A DNA stretch of 64,000 bases, from IMG/VR virus record IMGVR_UViG_3300047554_000670, one strand, 5' to 3'. Below the pieces are notes generated by a model, which had not been told where the DNA came from, searched no databases, and saw only the letters and a program-made list of their open reading frames with translations. Position numbers and translations under genes: made by a program. Source of the DNA: an uncultured virus (IMG/VR IMGVR_UViG_3300047554_000670). Lineage: Duplodnaviria; Heunggongvirae; Uroviricota; Caudoviricetes. Shown in pieces: positions 34,035-44,825 of this stretch (positions are counted from its first letter, which is position 1; the number at the start of each line of letters is the position of its first letter).

Positions 34035-35057
34035 TTAGTTCATATAGTCTAGGTCAGTCATGTCATAGGCTTCTGGGTAATCTAAGTCTTCATCAGGGTA
34101 ATCTCTGTAATCTGGGTCATCGTCCTCGTCTTCCATATCATCGTATAATTCACGGTCTTCCTCTGTGTAAAGGTCACCCTCCTCTTCATCAGAAGGGTCA
34201 TCAAAAGTTACTCCTAGCTCTCGTAACAACGCAAGGGCTGTAAAAGGAGGTTCTTCCTTAATAGTGCATAAGCAGCTAGCATCGTCATCTAGGTTTACAG
34301 GTTCCCATCCAGGCTTATTAATTAGCTGAATCTGACCATCAATATCCTGGTATTCAACGAAAGGAACCCAGCGTCTTGATGTGAAGTACTCTTTAACGAT
34401 ATAGAGTAAGGCAAGTTGAGACATGAGGTTAATCATAAGACTCTGACCTGCTTCTTGCTCTGTACCCCAAGTCATGCCACACCCTAAACCGCCTAAATGG
34501 TCACGTCCAGGATAATTCAACATATCTCGATACTTCTCAGAGAAATCAAATGGAGTACTGTATTCAAATGGGTTATTTACTCCATCTTTCTTAATCCAAG
34601 ACAAAGCTGTACCCTTATCCAAAGAATTCCCCGCTGTAGCCCACATAATGTTCTTATTTACCATAGAGTTCATAAGGTAATTAAGAATATAGGCACGTTC
34701 CCATACATGGTCTGTAACAACTAGAGCCAATAAATCAACATCTTCATCATTTGAGCGTTCAAAAACAAGATTAATGTTTTCAGCATTGATAAAGACATTA
34801 CAGGGAGTCAGAGGGAGTAGATTTGTATTGTTGTAATTCTGATATAGGGCTTGAGTCTTAGCCTTACCAACTTGATAAGGTGCAAATGGGGTACGCTGTA
34901 AGTTTTTACCCTCAATTACATCACCGTCATAAAGATAGAAAGTACGAAGTCTGTTCTGAAGGTCAACTGTACCATGAATGAATTGAGAAAAACTAGATAA
35001 AAAATTGGCACCGATTCCACCGCAGCCAACTAGATAAATGTCAATGTTGCGTGTCAT
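34035..35057 (-). CDS. E1/ThiF-family ubiquitin-like activating enzyme
   Basis: LVGCGGIG, DGDVIEGKNLQRT, GKAK, D...R, AGN, candidate catalytic Cys in GCG, and an acidic tail. Confidence 0.88.
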   Translation of the reverse strand: MTRNIDIYLVGCGGIGANFLSSFSQFIHGTVDLQNRLRTFYLYDGDVIEGKNLQRTPFAPYQVGKAKTQALYQNYNNTNLLPLTPCNVFINAENINLVFERSNDEDVDLLALVVTDHVWERAYILNYLMNSMVNKNIMWATAGNSLDKGTALSWIKKDGVNNPFEYSTPFDFSEKYRDMLNYPGRDHLGGLGCGMTWGTEQEAGQSLMINLMSQLALLYIVKEYFTSRRWVPFVEYQDIDGQIQLINKPGWEPVNLDDDASCLCTIKEEPPFTALALLRELGVTFDDPSDEEEGDLYTEEDRELYDDMEDEDDDPDYRDYPDEDLDYPEAYDMTDLDYMN

Positions 35058-35078
35058 ATTGTATAAGGATATAGGTTC

Positions 35079-35795
35079 TTAGACGCTGATGTGTGTTTGA
35101 TTTGCTTCAATCTCAACTAAGTCATCACATTTGATGTAATCCATCTTCGGATAAGTTTCTTGTACCAAAGGAGAATTATTACTAAACTCCTTAATCCACT
35201 CAATCTGAAGCTGAGATGAATAATCGATTCCTTTTTCGGATTTTGAATGGTGCTGAATGATGTCTAACCAATAACCACAATGGTCAGCATTCCAGACGCA
35301 TTTGTCAAATAGAGTATCAATACAAAGACCTACATCATTATTAGTAGCTCTTGCCTCAGTACATAGTTGTCCTGTATCAATCATGTTACCAATTAGGTAG
35401 GGGGATAAGTCTAGACATTCTGTAGTAGAAGTAGACCCAACAAAGTAGAAATTCACACGAGAATAATTTAAGCTAGACCCACAGTAGAAACGAAAGACAT
35501 GGGGTAGTAACTTGGCACGAAAGAATACGGGTTTATCATCGTACTTATAATAATAAGTACAAGGAACTCGTATTGTTGAGTCAGGAATAATTGGAGGAGG
35601 TGTAGGACTTCCCCCACTACATAGACCTTTAAGTAGTAACTGACAATCTCGACAATTATCAAAGAAGAACGTACTTTTGTTATTTGACTTTACAATGAAT
35701 TGATCATCACGCTCATCAAAAACAAAGTAAATATAACTCTCTTTGACAGCGTAAGCTACAGGTTTACGCTTTCCCGTTGGTAGCACAATATTCAT
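35079..35795 (-). CDS. Prokaryotic E2-like protein (family D-like)
   Basis: PYLIGNMIDTGQLC matches P..N....G..C of prokaryotic E2-D; lies between JAB and E1. Confidence 0.6.
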   Translation of the reverse strand: MNIVLPTGKRKPVAYAVKESYIYFVFDERDDQFIVKSNNKSTFFFDNCRDCQLLLKGLCSGGSPTPPPIIPDSTIRVPCTYYYKYDDKPVFFRAKLLPHVFRFYCGSSLNYSRVNFYFVGSTSTTECLDLSPYLIGNMIDTGQLCTEARATNNDVGLCIDTLFDKCVWNADHCGYWLDIIQHHSKSEKGIDYSSQLQIEWIKEFSNNSPLVQETYPKMDYIKCDDLVEIEANQTHISV

Positions 35796-36748
35796 AGACG
35801 TTTACGAAGTTCCTTAATGATAAGACTAGAGATATCTAGCAATTGAGATCGTGTGTAGTCGGAAGGATTAAATTCAGGTGGAATCTTCGACTGTTTTTCA
35901 TTTCGCACCCAAACTTCCTCATATTCATCATTAAGAAGGGTAGAAATATTTGAATGTCCACCCGCATAGAATGATTTGTATTTAGGAATTCCTGCTTCAA
36001 TAAATTCAACAATCTTTGGGGGCAAATCTTCTTTCGTTTTTGGAAAGTACTCTAGAGCTTCATGATGTTGATAAGGTTCAACATAATCCTGTTCTTTCAA
36101 TCCCGTATAACGAGTCCAAGGGGTAGCTAGAGTGAAATTGTTTTTCCAAGACCATACACCTTTGCTGTGATTAACGGAACCAAAGATTCTACAAAGACGA
36201 ATACCTTTAGAGGATTTGATTTCATCAATATCATCTTGAGCACTTGGAGTAGGGGACATGTAATGGTGACTATGTTCCTGAGAGGCAATTACATAGCCCG
36301 AAGCATACATATCACGTAAGGTAGTCTCTTCCCCCTGTAAAGTTACATAAGGCCAAGTCTCCGTATTACTACCCGATTGAACATTAACTGAATTCGTCAC
36401 CTTGTGCTTAGGGATAAGATATTGCCAATCTCTATCAGACTCCCTATATAACCCTAAAGCACCAACTTCTAAACGGTCTTCCGCATACAACAGAAAGATT
36501 CCAGTAAGACTAAGAAATTGTTCTTTAGGAATAAGGATGTCTAGATTGTATTCAATTTCAGTTAAATCATTATCATTAACAATAGGAAGTTTAGTAACAA
36601 AGAAGTTAGGGTCAATTAATTTAGCAGCTTCTACAATTTCGTGAATTGTAGCTCTGTCTAAATAGTTACACCATAAACTATCTCGTACTGTGTAAATCGT
36701 ACCGTAAGGGTCTTTAACAGCGTTAAGTACACCATCTTCAATCAACAT
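35792..36748 (-). CDS. JAB/MPN metallopeptidase
   Basis: Upstream E (LEVGA), IPKHKVT, and HSHHYMSPTPSAQDD = HxHx7Sx2D. Confidence 0.85.
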   Translation of the reverse strand: MLIEDGVLNAVKDPYGTIYTVRDSLWCNYLDRATIHEIVEAAKLIDPNFFVTKLPIVNDNDLTEIEYNLDILIPKEQFLSLTGIFLLYAEDRLEVGALGLYRESDRDWQYLIPKHKVTNSVNVQSGSNTETWPYVTLQGEETTLRDMYASGYVIASQEHSHHYMSPTPSAQDDIDEIKSSKGIRLCRIFGSVNHSKGVWSWKNNFTLATPWTRYTGLKEQDYVEPYQHHEALEYFPKTKEDLPPKIVEFIEAGIPKYKSFYAGGHSNISTLLNDEYEEVWVRNEKQSKIPPEFNPSDYTRSQLLDISSLIIKELRKRL

Positions 36749-36771
36749 GATATATAGTCCTTAGCTATAAA

Positions 36772-36802
36772 TAAAAGGAACCCCTAATTAAAGAGGTTCC
36801 TT
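36772..36802 (-). terminator. Terminator between the Ubl and JAB genes
   Basis: AAGGAACC...GGTTCCTT stem followed by a T tract. Confidence 0.6.
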
Positions 36803-36898
36803 CACCAGTTCACAGGGTTAATCTAGGAAGCTTGTTTGTAACAATCTAGGAAGTGTAGTCGTAAGAGAAATGTCACGAAAGAAAATCTAGGAACTTAT

Positions 36899-37222
36899 TT
36901 ACCCATTATCCTGAGTGCTATCTTGCGTAGTGACAGATACAGGGTAGGGCTTAGATACAACATAGGCTTTAGCTGCTTCACCATAGAGAGATTCACCCTC
37001 AGGGAAGACAATCACAAGGTTATGAGAAGCTACGTTCTGACCAGTGTACTCAGTCAGATAGGTAACAAGGTTCAATCCCTCTTGCTCTTCAGTCAGTTGC
37101 ACATCATATTTGGTAGACAGTGTTACCTGTACGTAGTGCTGAGGCTCCATAGCAGGGATATTCAGTTGCTCAGGAGCTTGCTGACCAGAAATGCGACCGA
37201 GAAGGTTAGAAAGAAAAGACAT
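36899..37222 (-). CDS. Putative ubiquitin-like (beta-grasp) protein
   Basis: 107 aa ending in Gly (...TQDNG), directly upstream of JAB-E2-E1. Confidence 0.6.
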   Translation of the reverse strand: MSFLSNLLGRISGQQAPEQLNIPAMEPQHYVQVTLSTKYDVQLTEEQEGLNLVTYLTEYTGQNVASHNLVIVFPEGESLYGEAAKAYVVSKPYPVSVTTQDSTQDNG

Positions 37223-38974
37223 GAGATAATCTCCTTAAGATTTGTAGGTGTTAGCCATTAGTAAACTTATAGATACTCTCATTGAAGTTAAACTTCTTTG
37301 AAAGCTCTAGAACTCGATAACGATGACTCCACTGTTGCATACGCCATGCAATGAAGTCTTCATAGAAACCTGTCTCTGGTTTATCCCCCGAAGCCCATAC
37401 ATAGTAGGAGAAAGGTGTTAATTTTCCTCCATGCATAGTCCAAGCTTGATTAAACAAACCAAAGATAGAATTAGCTACCTGTGTTTGTGTATTCTTTTCT
37501 AGAGGGCTAGAGATAAAAATACATTCATCAGGAACAGCCATTAACTTCTCAAAGTAAGGAAGCTGAGTTTTTGTAATAACTTCCAGACCTGCTTTAACAA
37601 GACACTCAAAATCAAGCTTGTTAAAGTTAAATTCAGAGAATGCTGAAGGACAGAATACCCGCATTACAACACAGCTATTCATGTTTAGCCGTTCTGGATA
37701 ATGAGCATTCTGTTCCCAAATCTGCCACAACTTGCTTTGCGTCGTCATCTACTCCGCCCCATAAAGAAAGTCATGGATTTCATTAACATTGTAGGGATGA
37801 AAATTTACATCATACCCTTTGCTAATGAGCCACGAACGAAAGTGATTGTGCATAAAGTTCTGACTTTGAGAACCTGTCAGATATGCACAGAGCAAAAACA
37901 GAGGAGAGTAGAAGGTTGCCTTATTCATACTGTACAGACGGTTTGCATTTCCCATCTTAGTCATGATCAACTGAGCTTCAGGCCAATCACGAGTAATCTC
38001 CATGCAACCCAAAAGAGTTAAGTCACCGACTGATTTAGACCACTTAGTACGAAGTGGACCAACCGTAGCGTTATATCGTTCACTCCAATGCCCATTAGTC
38101 CAAAGATAGGAGTTTGGATGGATGATGAACCAAGACATATCAGAGGCAGTCTTATACAGATTACCTTCGTGTTCAACCCAGTTAACAAGGTCTTCTTTCG
38201 TTAGACTGTTATATCGGCCTCGAACAGCAATCAACTCCTTATGAATCTCTTCATGGTCCATAAAGAATGTAGCAATTTGGTCAGCAATAAATTCTTGACC
38301 TTCATTATTAAAAGAAGGAAGCCATTCAGAAATCGGCATGAGATTAGTCATTTGAGGACTCCATTGATTTAAGATTGCGCCAAAAATAGCCTTGAAGAGG
38401 TACTTCAAAGCCTTGACTGTGTAAAAACGAAAGAAAAGTAGACCCTAGAAGAATTTTCTCTAGACGAGAACTTCGGGTTTGAACTAAAAGAGAAACAACG
38501 GAGGAAGGGCTATATAGACAGATTGTGGAACATTCCTGCCCAAAAGGTTTTATATGTGCTTCAGGAAAGAAGTTCTTAACCTCTACTTTACTAAGGTCAA
38601 CAGTACCCATATCATGTCGGCTTAATAGATTACGACAAGGTAAAGGTAGACTAGCTGAAGTATTATCCTTAAGTAGGAAGTAACGCCCAATGGTTTTAGG
38701 TAAATGTAGATATCCGTAAGGTTCTACAAATACCCACTCCATTTTGTTCTGTGTAAGAGTTTTCTCCTTAATAAATGGTGGACTACCAAACTTATACCAT
38801 TGTTGGTAGAAGGCATCAAGAAGTAACTTAGCAACCTCTTGGTCCTTAAGTGCTAAGGGTATACAGTCCTTAGGAATTTCACTAAGGTCATATGTACTAC
38901 TCTTGGTTGTGGAAGAAAGAATTACAGGCATGTGAATTACCTATTAGAATGTAGGGCAAAGGATTACCTGTTAT

Positions 38975-39009
38975 AAACCCAGCTTAGGGATATAACTAAG
39001 CTGGAGTTT
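38975..39009. terminator. Hairpin
   Basis: CCAGCTTAG...CTAAGCTGG inverted repeat. Confidence 0.5.
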
Positions 39010-40985
39010 CATGTTGTTATTTCTTATGCTCAGTAAGACACACAGTACAACGATATTTGTAGTTATCTTTAGTACCACACCGATTTGCTACACGGCGCTT
39101 AATCCCGTATGTTAGGTCTTGAAATGCATGATTGCATTTACAAGTAACAATTGCAATACGAGAGGTACTATTCGTGCTATTCGATGAAGAACTGGAATCC
39201 TTCTTCGCCATCTTCTTCTTCCTCCGTTAATCTTTCTAATTTTTGAACAGCATCACACCATTCAACAAATGAACTATCAATAGGATGATAATCTACGTCT
39301 TTGTTGAAGATTTGATACCTAGTTATCTTAGTAGAGGGAAAGTTAAAACGTTTATCAACATTTACTTTTGCCTTACTACTAATTCCTTGTGAAACTTGGT
39401 CTAGGAATCTACAAACCCTATGTGCAGTCCATGTAGTAGGGAAATATATCTTAATTTGAGATTCTTTCCCTATATTAGTAGCTACACAAGGTAAAGGCGC
39501 AATGTTCTTGATGACTTGTACTAATTTCTCAAATACGGTGTCATCATAAACATAGACAAAGCCGATTGCACCTTGTGTATTTGAGTCTAAGCTCTTAGCT
39601 AGAGAAACTACACACAGGGTTGAATCAAACCAACAGTGCGAGTTCACTCCTTTGGTTACCACTGTACTCCTTTGTCTCGTTTTTTACATGAATACCATAT
39701 GTACCTTCAAGGGTACGAGCTACCACCGTATGCAGATAGTAGATGTTATGGCAAGGGGAAATCTTTAGGTTCAAAGTCTTACCGTTCTCAAGAGTCTTAA
39801 TTACTCCATGTTCTACATTAGGAGCAAGAAACTCAGAGCCATTCAAACTAACCCCTAGAACAGGGAAGTCACACGAAAGATAAAAATCCTGTGTGACATC
39901 GTGGTGAACTTCTTTCCAAGTCCCATATAACCCTGGATTAGTCCAATCCCTCAAAGGAAGAATCATCTTGTGGGATATAAACTTTAGGGGAAAAGAACCA
40001 TCGTCCTGTAGTGTATGTCCATTGACTTGCATAATGTTGAGCCTCCGGTTGACTGTCAAATGTAAAACGTGATGCTAGAGGTTTGAGGCCATCGGTAATT
40101 CGATAGACAAACCACTTATCAAAGAACTGAGACTTACCTACAACAACTTGACCGGGCTTAAGAACTCCAGGAATAATCAAATCTCCTACACGACTATAGC
40201 GATTGTGAGAGGTATTCTTAGCTTGTAGGGGCTTAATTTGTTGAGATGGTGCGTGTTTTTTAGACATGTTTTTGAATGTATTGTAGGTAATGGGTAAAGT
40301 TATCTCGACTGAACAAAGAGGAGGCAAAGTTAATTCGTACAGTGTGGTCTTCTTCATTATGGAAAACTTGAGCTTTATTATTCATCCCTAGGTGAGATAA
40401 ATATTTCTCTAGCTCAATCACCATATCCTTGGTTACAGAATTAAGGACAATGAAATCACTGGCATAAGGGGTGTACCAATTCTTAATGTCTAAGTGGTAT
40501 GGAATTGGTTTAGTCTTTGTGGTTAGAGAAACAGCTTCAAGAATCTGTTTTCCTACTTCCGCTACAGAAGGATTAACAGAGTTTTCTTTCGTTGTTAGCT
40601 CAATACTAAGAGTGTAATTAAACAAGGGGAAGGTGATTTTCATCTTCAGACTCTCCTTTTGAAAGATACTCATTCATCAAGGAAGCACAAAAAGCGTCAT
40701 GGTCTAACTTATCTCCGTCACGATATAAACCAAACCCTAAGACATTACAAGCATATCCGATTAATGCACAAGTATCCGGGATACTATGGACCTTAAATCC
40801 TGTACAGGGTTCTGAATCATAGAGAACAGGAACTCGTTTAGATGAACGCCAATCAACATGGTCAATTACAGGAATAGTGTGATGTACGTTAGGAAGAATT
40901 GAGTATTCTCCGTTAGGATGCTTCACCCATAATTGAGGGCTTTTAAGATAATGAGATGCAGGGGATTCCATAGCAGACATAAGGA

Positions 40986-41399
40986 TTAATCTCCGTAAAC
41001 AGTGATACCAACTTCTAGTAAGCTAACAATTGTCTTAAAATAAGTTTGTATGTGATTCAGTACCTCTACCGGGATAAAGAACTCACCATTACACCAATCG
41101 TCTTTGAAAACACCAAGGACTACCCCGTCAATAAGGCAAGCTACAATTTCACCTGTCCAGTTTTCCTGCTCTAAAATCAAGGTCTCATTCAATTTAGCAG
41201 TTTGTGCATCTAGCTCTACAATCAATCTGAACTTCTCTTTAAGTCCATCTAAAGTATAAGAACTAATATCAGCACAACTTTCACTGTTAACTAATTGAAC
41301 TAGCCCGTAGTAGACAGTACTTGTGTCTTCATAAGTTTCCACATAACAATCACAGGTACAGCCATCGATAGGTTCTAGACTGAAGAATTTCTCTGTCAT
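40986..41399 (-). CDS. HicB-like protein
   Basis: YYGLV...DISSYTLDGLKEKFRLIVE resembles the HicB N-terminal domain. Confidence 0.45.
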   Translation of the reverse strand: MTEKFFSLEPIDGCTCDCYVETYEDTSTVYYGLVQLVNSESCADISSYTLDGLKEKFRLIVELDAQTAKLNETLILEQENWTGEIVACLIDGVVLGVFKDDWCNGEFFIPVEVLNHIQTYFKTIVSLLEVGITVYGD

Positions 41400-41605
41400 A
41401 CATCTAATCCTTCTTGCTCTAACCCATCAACAAACTCAAACAAATCTTCTACTGATTCATGAAAAGCTTGTTCCAGATAATCTTTATCTGTACCAACGAA
41501 AGTAACTTGATAATTATCTTTTGTGGCTTTCCCTGTAAAAGAACCATCATCATTAGGTTCAATCCACTCAACATGGAATCCTTTATAGTCTTCTAATTCA
41601 AACAT
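41396..41605 (-). CDS. HicB-like antitoxin domain
   Basis: YKGF...FTG...VTFVG...LEQAFHESVED. Confidence 0.75.
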   Translation of the reverse strand: MFELEDYKGFHVEWIEPNDDGSFTGKATKDNYQVTFVGTDKDYLEQAFHESVEDLFEFVDGLEQEGLDV

Positions 41606-41610
41606 ACGTC

Positions 41611-42054
41611 TTAGTCCTCATAACCTTGAATACGACGATATAGACTTTGTACTTCCATGTACAAACTAGCTTTTAATTCTAGCGCTGAACGTCCATAGAA
41701 ATCAACTTGTAGGTCATTTGCTTTAGCTGTACCTTGATATACCTCATTGTGTTTCTGGGTAATAACAGGGGTAAATAAATCAACCATCCCTACATCTTGG
41801 CTAATAAGAGTAAAATCTCCTTGTTCTTCTTGTTCCATTCTCTTGATATATGAGTCCACGGTGGAATTAAAAGTCCATTGATTAAGATTATGTGCTTTTA
41901 CATAGTCTACTGTTGAAAAGAACTGTTGATAAGAAGTAGAAGGAAACCAGATTCGTATTTTTACTTCTGTAGAAAGCCCTCTCTGTGTAAGACTAGGCCA
42001 TACATAACTCCAGATGAAAGAGTATCCTTCATAAGGCTGAATGTAATCAAACAC
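41611..42054 (-). CDS. Protein with two degenerate HicB-like units
   Basis: PYEGY...FNSTVDSY and YQG...VDFYGRSALELK. Confidence 0.45.
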   Translation of the reverse strand: MFDYIQPYEGYSFIWSYVWPSLTQRGLSTEVKIRIWFPSTSYQQFFSTVDYVKAHNLNQWTFNSTVDSYIKRMEQEEQGDFTLISQDVGMVDLFTPVITQKHNEVYQGTAKANDLQVDFYGRSALELKASLYMEVQSLYRRIQGYED

Positions 42055-42088
42055 TGTTATACCTCTTATTTTTGTACTGTTATACCTC

Positions 42089-42664
42089 TTATGTCTGCGT
42101 ATACGTATCTACAGCACCATGGAAAGCTTGTTTTAGGTCTTCTACATCTTTACCAACAAAGGCAACTTCTTTAGTTACATCATCTTTATGACTTGCAAGT
42201 CCTGCAAAACTGTCATAAATCTCGCTATACTCAACAGAAGAAACCTGAAAATCCTTATAACTAAATGTCAGCACATCTTCTATCATGTCATTGTTGAAAC
42301 AAAAGCGTAATGCTTTAGCTCCTCGCTTCGTATTGGCATGAACAATATAGGACAGAATTATGTCATGATTAAATTCAATGAAGTCCAGATATTCTTTATC
42401 TGGAAATTCCTTAGACATAATAATGTCTGTGACGTTACAAAACACAACTTTGAAGTCAGGACATAGCTTCTTCATAGTTGCTATCATATCTAGGATATAA
42501 AGAGCATTGAGGTAATAATTAGCGGATATGGTTTGCTGTTCTTCATTCAACACAACCTCTGCTATGCCTTGAGCTTTAACAGCTTTCATAAAGGCATAGA
42601 CAAAAGTGGAATCACCCTTAACGTAACACTCAAAATCTTTATTGATGTACAAGAAGTTTGACAT
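42089..42664 (-). CDS. Protein with C-terminal HicB-like domain
   Basis: SYKDF...FAG...VAFVGKDVEDLKQAFHGAVDTY. Confidence 0.7.
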   Translation of the reverse strand: MSNFLYINKDFECYVKGDSTFVYAFMKAVKAQGIAEVVLNEEQQTISANYYLNALYILDMIATMKKLCPDFKVVFCNVTDIIMSKEFPDKEYLDFIEFNHDIILSYIVHANTKRGAKALRFCFNNDMIEDVLTFSYKDFQVSSVEYSEIYDSFAGLASHKDDVTKEVAFVGKDVEDLKQAFHGAVDTYTQT

Positions 42665-42729
42665 TGTGAATCCCCTTTTTGATGAATGAGGTTCTCCTCA
42701 ATGAAGAACCCCTAATACAAAAAACTAAT

Positions 42730-43353
42730 TTAGTAGTAGACGGACATAGTGTAAATACGCTTTCCTTGAAGTTTTGAGTCTACACATTCGGGAAATTGAG
42801 TCTCAAGATAGGTTAAATTACCTTGACCTTCAAAAGAAACAACACCTTGATTAGTTACAACTGCTGTATAATTCCAGTCGTTCGCAGGGTCTTTTGTAAG
42901 AGTACAAGTAAAACCTTTATACTCTAGAACAATTGGTTCATTAGTTAGAATGTAATCCTCAATAATGCTAGCAAGGATAACATCTTGCCAAGGAATTTCC
43001 TCCACCCCAAGGTCATCTTTCCCCCAATTCTTATATTCATAATCAGGGTATTTATCGAATACTTCCTTAGCTGGAGGAAGAACTGTAGAAGGAATTCGTT
43101 TAGTTACTCCATCAATCTGAAATTCAAAATACTGAGTAATAGAGGAGAGAGCTAAAAGAAGGTAGTAATTGCCATAACATCCACTTACATCAAAGCTAAG
43201 AGGCTTTCCTGAAGTAAGGGCATCTTCTGATTTCTCATATTGAATAAAGTCAACAACAAAAAGAACCTCCTCAATAAAGTCTTGGTCCCCGTTAATCTTG
43301 AAATGTGAAATCTCGTTCTCAGAATTCTTAAACAGAGTAATCAGATTAGTCAT
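42730..43353 (-). CDS. Protein with C-terminal HicB-like domain
   Basis: LEYKGF...VVSFEG...LETQFPECVD. Confidence 0.6.
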   Translation of the reverse strand: MTNLITLFKNSENEISHFKINGDQDFIEEVLFVVDFIQYEKSEDALTSGKPLSFDVSGCYGNYYLLLALSSITQYFEFQIDGVTKRIPSTVLPPAKEVFDKYPDYEYKNWGKDDLGVEEIPWQDVILASIIEDYILTNEPIVLEYKGFTCTLTKDPANDWNYTAVVTNQGVVSFEGQGNLTYLETQFPECVDSKLQGKRIYTMSVYY

Positions 43354-43669
43354 GATTTTCTCCTTGTAAGTTAAGTTTCATTTGGGACATTTTGTTCTTA
43401 TTTAGATAAGAATCTACGCTATCCTCAAACCACTCTTGAAGAGATGTTCCCCACCATTCTTCATAAACAAAGTCAAAAGTCTCGTCACTATAGGGGCATT
43501 TAGCTGTAAGAGTATATTCCCCACAAGTAAAGTTATAGCCTTTGACTATAGAAAAACCGCTATATGGCTCAAACTCAAAATAGAGGTCTATAGGGGTTTC
43601 TCGTAGACCTGAATCCCAAGCAGTAGGCTCATGGTCATAGTAATCTACAACCTTAATCTTTTCCATCAC
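43346..43669 (-). CDS. HicB-like protein
   Basis: PYSGF...FDFV...LQEWFEDSVDSYL. Confidence 0.55.
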   Translation of the reverse strand: MMEKIKVVDYYDHEPTAWDSGLRETPIDLYFEFEPYSGFSIVKGYNFTCGEYTLTAKCPYSDETFDFVYEEWWGTSLQEWFEDSVDSYLNKNKMSQMKLNLQGENHD

Positions 43670-43727
43670 TATTAACCTCTAAAGTTAGCGCCCTGGGCAG
43701 GACTCGAACCTGCGACCGATCGCTTAG

Positions 43728-44372
43728 CATCCCACATCATATTACTATGACCTCTTTCGAGTTGTAGGCTGGACTATTTCTTCACCATTTCAGGTGAGCC
43801 GCGTATAGTCTCTACGGTTCCTGTTGTAAGACAGTTACCTCGGAGTTGCCCTTGTATCTTTTGAAAATAGCAAGGATGTTCTCCGATATGGCGGCTTCCA
43901 CTATTTGAGTTTCTCTTCCGAGTTGGATTTTTCTTGAAAGTTTTCCTCTACACTTTGCCGAACAAGTAGTAAACCTGCCCCCTTTTTGTAAGAAAGTATC
44001 TCTAATTTCTTTACAAAATTCAACACCACATTCAGGGCATTTTAAGTGACAGTATTTCCTACCTATCTCTTTTCCATGTAGCAGTTGATGCTGTTTTGCG
44101 GTCATAACTTCCAAGTTTTCAACCCTGTTGTCCTTTCTATCATGATTGATATGATGAACAACCTCATCAGAGTTAAGAAGTCTACCAAGATGATTCTCCA
44201 TAACTACTCTGTGTTCTAAAATATACCCTAGCTTATTAGCTTTTGGGTGTCCTTTTACCACAGCATAGTTATAGTCACCTTTACTTACAATCTTCTCAAC
44301 CTTCCAACAAATAGGCTCCATTTGTTCACCTTATAAACTAAGTTAATTATAGCTTACTTAGGTGTTTTTGCA
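43728..44372 (-). mobile_element. Group I intron (645 nt) in the tRNA-Arg anticodon
   Basis: 5' exon ends in U and intron ends in G; core elements CCGTAGAGACTATA (R) and AAGAAATAGTCC (S) form P7. Confidence 0.9.
43812..44321 (-). CDS. Intron-encoded HNH homing endonuclease
   Basis: EHRVVME...VVHHINHDRKDNRVENL HNH motif plus CPEC...CSAKC zinc finger. Confidence 0.9.
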   Translation of the reverse strand: MEPICWKVEKIVSKGDYNYAVVKGHPKANKLGYILEHRVVMENHLGRLLNSDEVVHHINHDRKDNRVENLEVMTAKQHQLLHGKEIGRKYCHLKCPECGVEFCKEIRDTFLQKGGRFTTCSAKCRGKLSRKIQLGRETQIVEAAISENILAIFKRYKGNSEVTVLQQEP

Positions 44373-44783
44373 AAGGCGATTGCTCTATCCACTGAGCTAC
44401 CAGGGCATATACACCTGATTTTCACAGGTGTTGCTGTTAATTATACAGCATTTTAATACAAATTGTTCACTCCTAGCAAGATAGTCCAAACAACCCAGAA
44501 GAGAGACCACGAGTAATTCTCACGGTCAAAGTCAATTAAGGCATTAAAGAGAGAACAAGTTATACCCAGATAAGTCCAAAAAGATAAGTCCATCATTAGC
44601 GTAATCCAACGAAAATAAGTTGTAGTTGAATAACTATGGCCATAGAACAGAAAAAAATCTGTGCATGAATATTCTTTTTATAGGTACTGTCACAGGCCAT
44701 AAATACAGCATAAACAAAAGATAGTTGGCGAACTAGTTGTCCAATCGAAGCAAGATCCAACATAAGACAATCCAAATGACAGC

Positions 44784-44825
44784 AAAAAGAAGAACTAGGG
44801 TAACCCTTATGAGCTACCCCAGTTC
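44784..44825 (-). terminator. Terminator ending the tmRNA coding piece
   Basis: GAACTGGGGTAGCTC-ATAA-GGGTTACCCTAGTTC followed by TTCTTTTT. Confidence 0.85.

Larger units (their letters stand above)
43689..44406 (-). tRNA. tRNA-Arg(TCT) interrupted by a group I intron (exons 44406-44373 and 43727-43689)
   Basis: Joined exons give GCCCTGG-TA-GCTC-AGTGGATA-GAGC-A-ATCGC-CT-T^CT-AA-GCGAT-CGGTC-GCAGG-TTCGAGT-CCTGC-CCAGGGC-G, a perfect cloverleaf with Arg identity element A20. Confidence 0.92.

Noticed and set aside
43689..44406. Amber suppressor tRNA (CTA) or alternative genetic code
   Set aside because: A 7-nt loop with U/G splice boundaries gives anticodon TCT, and genes terminate normally at TAG
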